Source: a virus (taxonomy: Duplodnaviria; Heunggongvirae; Uroviricota; Caudoviricetes; Crassvirales). From it: a stretch of 64,000 nucleotides of DNA. Of this stretch, positions 58,581-64,000 are shown piece after piece. Location of the stretch: IMG/VR virus record IMGVR_UViG_3300020045_007777, positions 37,741 through 101,740 of that record, one strand, 5' to 3'. The notes below the pieces were generated by a model that saw nothing but the letters and a program-made list of their open reading frames with translations, searched no databases and was not told where the DNA came from. The position numbers and the translations under genes were made by a program. How positions within the stretch are numbered: the first letter of the stretch is position 1; the number at the start of each line of letters is the position of its first letter.

Positions 58581-59511
58581 TAGAAATTGGAAAGAAGAAT
58601 TTATTAAATGGAATTGTTTAGATTTATATAATAATAATTTACATATTTGTTGTTATGCAAGTTTAAGTAAAATAGATTTAAATAAGTATAATGGTGTAGC
58701 TTTAGATGAATGTCATAATACTACAATTAATAATGTACAAGTATTTAAAGAACATTATAAAAGATTGCATATTCTTTGCCTAACTGCAACAGAACCTAAA
58801 GATGAAATTAAAAGACATGTTTTATATAATATGTTAGAATGTAAAGTTATTTATAATTTAACATTAAAAGAAGCCATTAAAATAGGTATTGTTGCTCCTT
58901 TACAGATATTTATTCATGAATTACAATTAAGTGATATCAAAAATATCAAACAAACGTATAAGGATAAAAGTACAGGTAAACAAAGAGAATTTTATAAATC
59001 TGAAAAAGATAATTATTCATATATTGATAGGAAAATTAATAATAAAAAGTTTCCTACACAATTTGATTATTTATTCAGAGCTAAATTTATATATGACTCT
59101 GTAACTAAGACAGAATATGCAAAAAATCTTTTAAATAAAATTCCAGATGATAAAAGAGTTTTAGTTTTTTCTCAAAGTATTAAACAAATTGAGAAAATAA
59201 TGAAAGAAACTTATCATTCTAAAACAAATGATCATTATTATAATTTATTTATTGATGAAAAATTAAATAAATTAGGAGTGGTTGAATCTCTTAATGAAGG
59301 AGAAAATATTAAAAATTTAGATATTGGACTTATTGTTCAATGTAATTCTAATCCTAAAAATTTATTTCAAAGAATAGGAAGAATTATAAGAAAACGTGAT
59401 AATCATATTGCTCAAATACATATTCTTATGTTAATGAATACTGTAGATGAAAAATGGATTAATAAAATGTTAGAAGAATATGAAGATATTATAACAAGAA
59501 TAAAAATATAA
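58405..59511 (+). CDS. SF2 (DExH-type) DNA helicase
   Basis: Motif I ILATGSGKS, motif II ALDECHN, motif III LTATEP, motif VI QRIGRIIR. Confidence 0.7.
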   Translation: MMQLQDKIQNDVVKAWQKNDKKGTVILATGSGKSKIFINILKKEKGQWLLVVPTEKLRDRNWKEEFIKWNCLDLYNNNLHICCYASLSKIDLNKYNGVALDECHNTTINNVQVFKEHYKRLHILCLTATEPKDEIKRHVLYNMLECKVIYNLTLKEAIKIGIVAPLQIFIHELQLSDIKNIKQTYKDKSTGKQREFYKSEKDNYSYIDRKINNKKFPTQFDYLFRAKFIYDSVTKTEYAKNLLNKIPDDKRVLVFSQSIKQIEKIMKETYHSKTNDHYYNLFIDEKLNKLGVVESLNEGENIKNLDIGLIVQCNSNPKNLFQRIGRIIRKRDNHIAQIHILMLMNTVDEKWINKMLEEYEDIITRIKI

Positions 59512-59513
59512 AA

Positions 59514-60347
59514 ATGAAAGATATAGCAAAATTAGAAGAATTACCTAAAAAATTAGGAATGTTTAGAAGTTTAAGTGGTGTTGATAGAAGTTGGTCATAT
59601 GGTCATGGCTCAACTGATTATCATAAAGTAAATGGATATTTTCCATATACTCACGCAATAAGAATTATAAAACATTATATGGGTAAATCATTTAATGATG
59701 CTTTTACTCATTTTTGTAAAATTGTTCCTAAATATCAACAACATCAATTTTTTGAAAGATTTAAAGAAAAAACATATAAACATGGTAGATATATTGAATG
59801 TTATATAGATGAAAATGGAAATATACAATCTCATAAAAATTTAAATGAATGTAAAGGTCCTTATACTTTTAAATCTAAAGATTATAAAGAAAGATGGGTT
59901 AAAAAAATTGAATATTATACATTTAATGAATTATTAGGATTAAAACATAAATCAGTATGGTATAAAGCACCTAAAATATATAATAATATTTATGAAATTC
60001 CTTGGAGAGATAAATCTATATATAAAAAAGAAATTATTTCAGGTGAAATATTATCATTTGATAATAAATATGATTCTAAATTAATTCAACTTAAATCTGA
60101 AAAAAGACAATCTGATAAAAAAAATATTAAAGAATTAAAATTAGCAAGAAAAGTTAAACAATATTCTTTTTTAACTACATCAGAAAAATTAAAAAAAGCT
60201 TCTAAAGAAAAAGATATTATTACACGAGATCGTTTTGGTTTTGATGATGATAGTTTTAAAGGTGAAGCTTATCATGGTCAAAAACGGAAAAAAAGAAAAA
60301 ATGATAATAATACTGAAACTTTACAATCTTTGTTTGAAATTATGTAG
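59514..60347 (+). CDS. Hypothetical protein
   Basis: 277 aa, K-rich C-terminus. Confidence 0.5.
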   Translation: MKDIAKLEELPKKLGMFRSLSGVDRSWSYGHGSTDYHKVNGYFPYTHAIRIIKHYMGKSFNDAFTHFCKIVPKYQQHQFFERFKEKTYKHGRYIECYIDENGNIQSHKNLNECKGPYTFKSKDYKERWVKKIEYYTFNELLGLKHKSVWYKAPKIYNNIYEIPWRDKSIYKKEIISGEILSFDNKYDSKLIQLKSEKRQSDKKNIKELKLARKVKQYSFLTTSEKLKKASKEKDIITRDRFGFDDDSFKGEAYHGQKRKKRKNDNNTETLQSLFEIM

Positions 60348-60425
60348 ATTTAATAATCCTGCATTTATAGAACAAATTTTATTGTACTTATATATTGTAA
60401 GTACACAATTTTAAATTAAATAAAT

Positions 60426-60698
60426 ATGGCAACAGCTGTTGTAACACCTAGAATAAAAACTGTTTCAAGAACTAAAGCAGTTGAAATGATTGATAATAAT
60501 GCAGGTAAATTTTTTACTGTAACATTTTCAACAAAAACTAAACTAGAAAGAACTATCAATGGTTTAGTTAAAAAAGATAATAAAACTCGTACTGGATATA
60601 TTCGTATGTATAGTACTCAAGATGGGGGTTATCGTAGTGTAGATCCAAGAACTATTAGTGCTTTGAAAATTAATGGTACTGTATTGAAAGTAAAATAA
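60426..60698 (+). CDS. Hypothetical protein
   Basis: 90-aa ORF. Confidence 0.45.
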   Translation: MATAVVTPRIKTVSRTKAVEMIDNNAGKFFTVTFSTKTKLERTINGLVKKDNKTRTGYIRMYSTQDGGYRSVDPRTISALKINGTVLKVK

Positions 60699-61027
60699 TG
60701 ACATCAGAAAGATTTGATGAACTTGTAGAAGAAACTCTTAGTGAAATAAGAGATGTATTAGTTGTTAAAGGTAAAGAATATAGACGTAATGGAAACCCTT
60801 TTCATAATTTTGAAGAGGGTTCTAAACGCACTGGTTTAAGTCGTGAAAAAGTATTAGATGGAATGTTATTAAAACATGAAATTTCTATTTCTGATATTAC
60901 TAATGATTTAGATCAAAATATTTTACCCAAATTAACAACTATTAATGAAAAATTTGGAGATAATATTATCTATCTTTTGTTAAAAAAGATTAGTATAATT
61001 GATAGAATAGAAAATAATGGACAATGA
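60698..61027 (+). CDS. Hypothetical protein
   Basis: 109-aa ORF. Confidence 0.45.
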   Translation: MTSERFDELVEETLSEIRDVLVVKGKEYRRNGNPFHNFEEGSKRTGLSREKVLDGMLLKHEISISDITNDLDQNILPKLTTINEKFGDNIIYLLLKKISIIDRIENNGQ

Positions 61028-61208
61028 ATTAAAAACAGGATTTTATAAAGATGAATTAAAAGAAGATTTATGTTTAGAACCTGAAGATTGGACAAAAAAA
61101 GATTGGATAACTATTAAAGAAATATTTGGATTAGATATTCAAAATGTTACTAGAATTGTTATTCCAGCTAAAACAAAAATATCATATTTTATAGACAATG
61201 AAGAATAA
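61017..61208 (+). CDS. Small hypothetical protein
   Basis: 63-aa ORF. Confidence 0.4.
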   Translation: MDNELKTGFYKDELKEDLCLEPEDWTKKDWITIKEIFGLDIQNVTRIVIPAKTKISYFIDNEE

Positions 61209-61983
61209 AAAATTTGTAATAGGAGATATACATGGAAACTATATAGGTTTAATACAATGTCTTGAAAGAAGTAATTTTGATTATAAAAATGATACTTTAA
61301 TTTCTTTAGGAGATGTAGTTGATGGTCATAGTCAATCATTTGAAGTAGTTGAAGAATTACTTAAAATAAAGAATTTAATTGCTGTAAAAGGTAATCATGA
61401 TGATTGGTTTAATACTTGGTTAGAAACTGGTAAAAATCCTTCTAATTGGCAACAAGGTCAAAAAGCTACAGGAATGAGTTATTTAGAGAAATCTAGACCT
61501 GGAACAGAATGGTATATGTATGATGGTTCAGAAGTATATCATTCTATTAGAACTAATGATATTCCAGATAGACATATTGAATTCTTTAATAATCAATTAC
61601 CTTATTATATTGATGATAAGAATAATTTATTTATTCATGGAGGATTTAATAGACATTATAAATTAGAAGAACAGGATGAATTTTTATTCTGGTGGGATAG
61701 AGATCTATGGAGTCAAGCATTATCATTTAAAGGTATGTCTGCTGTTGAAGGTATTAAACAACCTAAATTTAAAATGGTTGAAGACTTTAAAGAAATATTT
61801 ATTGGACATACATCAACTCAATTTTGGAATGAAAATGAACCTATGAATGCTGCTAATATATGGAATTTAGATACTGGTGGCGGCTGGTTTGGTAAAGTAT
61901 CAATAATGAATGTTGATACTAAAGAATTTTGGCAAAGTGATACAGGAAAAGAATTATATCCTGAATTTAAAGGAAGAAGTTAA
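61198..61983 (+). CDS. Calcineurin-like metallophosphatase (lambda PPase / ApaH-like Ser/Thr phosphatase)
   Basis: GDIHGN, GDVVDGHS and GNHD match the GDxHG / GDxVDRG / GNHE signature. Confidence 0.75.
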   Translation: MKNKKFVIGDIHGNYIGLIQCLERSNFDYKNDTLISLGDVVDGHSQSFEVVEELLKIKNLIAVKGNHDDWFNTWLETGKNPSNWQQGQKATGMSYLEKSRPGTEWYMYDGSEVYHSIRTNDIPDRHIEFFNNQLPYYIDDKNNLFIHGGFNRHYKLEEQDEFLFWWDRDLWSQALSFKGMSAVEGIKQPKFKMVEDFKEIFIGHTSTQFWNENEPMNAANIWNLDTGGGWFGKVSIMNVDTKEFWQSDTGKELYPEFKGRS

Positions 61984-62732
61984 TGAAAAATAAAATACAA
62001 TTATTAGGATTTTATGGTAGTGATGAAACAGTAGCGCTTTCAGCGTGGACATCAACTTCTAGAGAATTAAATGATAAAAAGAGAGAAAGAATTCCTAATC
62101 TATTAGAACAACTATGGTCTAATAAACATGAAACTCCATTTGAAAAAGTAAATATTCACTTTTTAGTTGATACTGAAATAGCTAGTCATATTCATTTACT
62201 TAAACATAGAATTAGTTCTATGAATGGTGAATCTGCTAGATATAAAGAATTAAAAGAAGATAAAATGTATCTTCCTGAAGATTTTAAAGGTATTAAATTA
62301 TCAAATGATTTACAATTTCATGATGAAGATTCAGATGATGAAGTTTCTTGGAAAAAAGATAAATCAGATTGGTATAATGTTTTAAAAGATTTTACAGAAA
62401 TGAGTAATTATTTATATCATAACTGTATTAATGATTTAACACCTGTTTTAGGTCGTAAAAGAGCTAAAGAGAGTGCTAGATTCTTTAAGACATATAACAG
62501 TCAAATACAAGCCGATATACAATTTAATATGAGAAGTTTTGCTAATTTTATTAAACTTAGAAATAGTGAACACGCTCAATTAGAAATTAGAGAAATTGCA
62601 CAAGAAATGTGGAATTTAGTACAAAATGAAACTAATGGAAAGTTTCAAACTATACTTAAAGTCATTGATGATAGAATCAAATTTGAAGAAAAGTGTGAAA
62701 AATATAAAGAATTAATTTTAAATTTAGAATAA
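61983..62732 (+). CDS. thyX: ThyX-like flavin-dependent thymidylate synthase
   Basis: KHRISSMNGESARY matches the ThyX signature R/K-H-R-x7-S. Size 249 aa. Confidence 0.55.
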   Translation: MKNKIQLLGFYGSDETVALSAWTSTSRELNDKKRERIPNLLEQLWSNKHETPFEKVNIHFLVDTEIASHIHLLKHRISSMNGESARYKELKEDKMYLPEDFKGIKLSNDLQFHDEDSDDEVSWKKDKSDWYNVLKDFTEMSNYLYHNCINDLTPVLGRKRAKESARFFKTYNSQIQADIQFNMRSFANFIKLRNSEHAQLEIREIAQEMWNLVQNETNGKFQTILKVIDDRIKFEEKCEKYKELILNLE

Positions 62733-62932
62733 TGAAAATACTTAAAATAGTTTACATGAATGATGCTGATTTTGTTGAAAATGATGGTCTTGATGAAATA
62801 GAAGGAATGAGAGAAATGACTAAAGAATTACCTGATTGCTTTGATTTTAAAGAAGAAGGTGATGAATATACTCTTACTATTAAACGTACTCCTACTGATG
62901 ATGAAGATAAACAGTTGGAACATTTAGTATAA
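62732..62932 (+). CDS. Small acidic protein
   Basis: 66 aa, D/E-rich. Confidence 0.4.
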   Translation: MKILKIVYMNDADFVENDGLDEIEGMREMTKELPDCFDFKEEGDEYTLTIKRTPTDDEDKQLEHLV

Positions 62933-62962
62933 GAATTTAAAATTAATAATGAAAGGGATTAA

Positions 62963-64000
62963 ATGCAGTTAGATAAAAAAATTTTAACACCTTGGGGTGA
63001 AATAGGGTATATTACTTTTAAAAGAACATATGCTCGAAGATTAGATGAAACAGATCCAAATTCTTTAACAGAAGAATTTGAAGATGTTGTAAAAAGAGAA
63101 ATAAAAGCTTGTAAAGAACAATTAGGTATAAATTTTACAGAAGAAGAAAAAGAATTTTATTTTAATAGTAGAATGAATTTAAAATGGTCTGTTGCTGGAA
63201 GATTTATGTGGCAATTAGGAACAAAAACTGTTGAAAAATTAGGATTACCTTCTTTACAAAATTGTGCAGCAACTGTTGTAGATCAACCTATTAGACCATT
63301 TACTTGGGCGTTTGAAATGTTAATGTTAGGCTCAGGTGTAGGTTTTAATATACAAAGAGAAAACGTATATCAAATGCCTAAATTAAAAGGACCTATTGAA
63401 ATTAAAAGAATTGATAACAATGATGTTGATTTTATAGTTCCTGATAATAGAGAAGGTTGGGTTAAATTATTGGGTAAAGTTTTAAAATCACATTATTATA
63501 GTGGTGAAGGATTTACTTATTCTTGTCAAAATATTAGAGGTAAAGGTGCTCCAATTAAAGGTTTTGGTGGAACAGCTTCAGGACCTGAAGAATTACATAT
63601 AGGTATTCAACAAATTCATGAAATATTAAATAGTAGAGCTAATAAAAAACTTAGACCTATTAATTGTTTAGATATTATGAATATAATTGGAGAAATTGTA
63701 GTTTCAGGAAATGTACGAAGATCTGCTCAAATTGCTATTGGTGATTATGATGATTTTGATTATCTTAGAGCTAAAAGATGGGATTTAGGACCAATACCTA
63801 ATTGGAGAGCAAATTCTAATAATTCTGTTGTTTGTGATAATACAACAAGATTACCAAAAGAATTTTGGGAAACATATGAACAAGGTGAACCTTATGGTTT
63901 AATTAATCTTAAATTAGCTAGATCTGTAGGAAGGACAGGTGATACAAGATATCCTGATCCAAATGTTCAAATATTTAATCCATGTGCTGAACAAGGTCTT
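62963..64000 (+). CDS. Ribonucleotide reductase catalytic subunit, N-terminal part (class II-like NPCxEQ active site); continues beyond the window
   Basis: ATG at 62963. The open frame runs to the window end and includes FNPCAEQGL near 63980 (the RNR thiyl-radical Cys loop N-x-C-x-E). Confidence 0.6.
   Translation, partial: MQLDKKILTPWGEIGYITFKRTYARRLDETDPNSLTEEFEDVVKREIKACKEQLGINFTEEEKEFYFNSRMNLKWSVAGRFMWQLGTKTVEKLGLPSLQNCAATVVDQPIRPFTWAFEMLMLGSGVGFNIQRENVYQMPKLKGPIEIKRIDNNDVDFIVPDNREGWVKLLGKVLKSHYYSGEGFTYSCQNIRGKGAPIKGFGGTASGPEELHIGIQQIHEILNSRANKKLRPINCLDIMNIIGEIVVSGNVRRSAQIAIGDYDDFDYLRAKRWDLGPIPNWRANSNNSVVCDNTTRLPKEFWETYEQGEPYGLINLKLARSVGRTGDTRYPDPNVQIFNPCAEQGL

Noticed and set aside
245-61339. 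Short ORFs antisense to long genes: 245-448, 3427-3696, 3884-4084, 12281-12511, 13122-13385, 15526-15753, 17818-18003, 18576-18773, 21394-21576, 22189-22665, 22937-23239, 23488-23700, 30932-31126, 32911-33096, 34125-34367, 36174-36374, 40639-40827, 47352-47684, 48100-48285, 48819-49019, 52620-52820, 53915-54130, 55351-55545, 61139-61339
   Set aside because: Each lies entirely inside, and antisense or out of frame to, a longer well-supported gene. They have low-complexity or repetitive translations typical of AT-rich antisense frames and carry no recognisable motifs.
1-64000. Stop-codon reassignment (TAG or TGA recoding)
   Set aside because: All large genes (1368, 1079, 792, 767, 668, 506 aa) are uninterrupted under the standard code and terminate with normal stops. 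Nothing suggests recoding in this window.
1-64000. Prophage integration junction / attachment site
   Set aside because: No integrase or recombinase, no host-like flanking genes and no direct repeats flanking a tRNA 3' end were seen. The tRNA-Met is intact and embedded in phage genes.

Overview
The window reads as part of an AT-rich (roughly 27-30% GC) tailed-phage genome. It has two divergently transcribed blocks that meet near 35.1-35.2 kb. Both blocks are tightly packed with almost no non-coding DNA, and there is no sign of host flanks or an attachment site.

Minus strand (1-35121) is a morphogenesis and lysis block. It contains:
- Large terminase-like protein (767 aa), portal candidate (792 aa), acidic coiled-coil scaffold and a 506-aa major capsid protein.
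- Several virion proteins of unknown role, a 1079-aa tail fibre and a 1368-aa virion protein.
- An M15-peptidase endolysin with adjacent spanin- or holin-like genes.
- A PhoH-like ATPase, a GroES-like protein, a DEDD exonuclease, an HNH nuclease and a T5orf172-domain protein.
- A tandem array of seven small paralogous genes at the operon's start.

Plus strand (35207 to the window end) is an early, replication and nucleotide-metabolism block. It contains:
- A compact family-B DNA polymerase, a DnaB-like helicase and an SF2 helicase.
- An ATP-grasp enzyme, a PRTase-like protein, a metallophosphatase, ThyX and the start of a ribonucleotide reductase.
- HNH and GIY-YIG homing endonucleases.
- Many small ORFs, including a second array of the same small-protein family.

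The most striking element is at 44464-45624. It looks like a phage-encoded tmRNA (ssrA) gene whose T-loop is split by a ~728-nt group I intron. That intron carries an antisense LAGLIDADG homing-endonuclease gene. An intact tRNA-Met(CAT) gene follows immediately.

Other notable structure:
- Repeat- and hairpin-dense non-coding islands at 37.2-37.6 and 38.45-39.2 kb.
- A compositionally distinct (GC-richer) first early gene with a UUCG-tetraloop terminator.
- A conserved 10-mer about 72 nt upstream of the portal and scaffold genes.
- A DnaB-like helicase whose Walker A motif lies upstream of its first ATG.

All calls rest on motif recognition by eye. No database searches or structure predictions were run.
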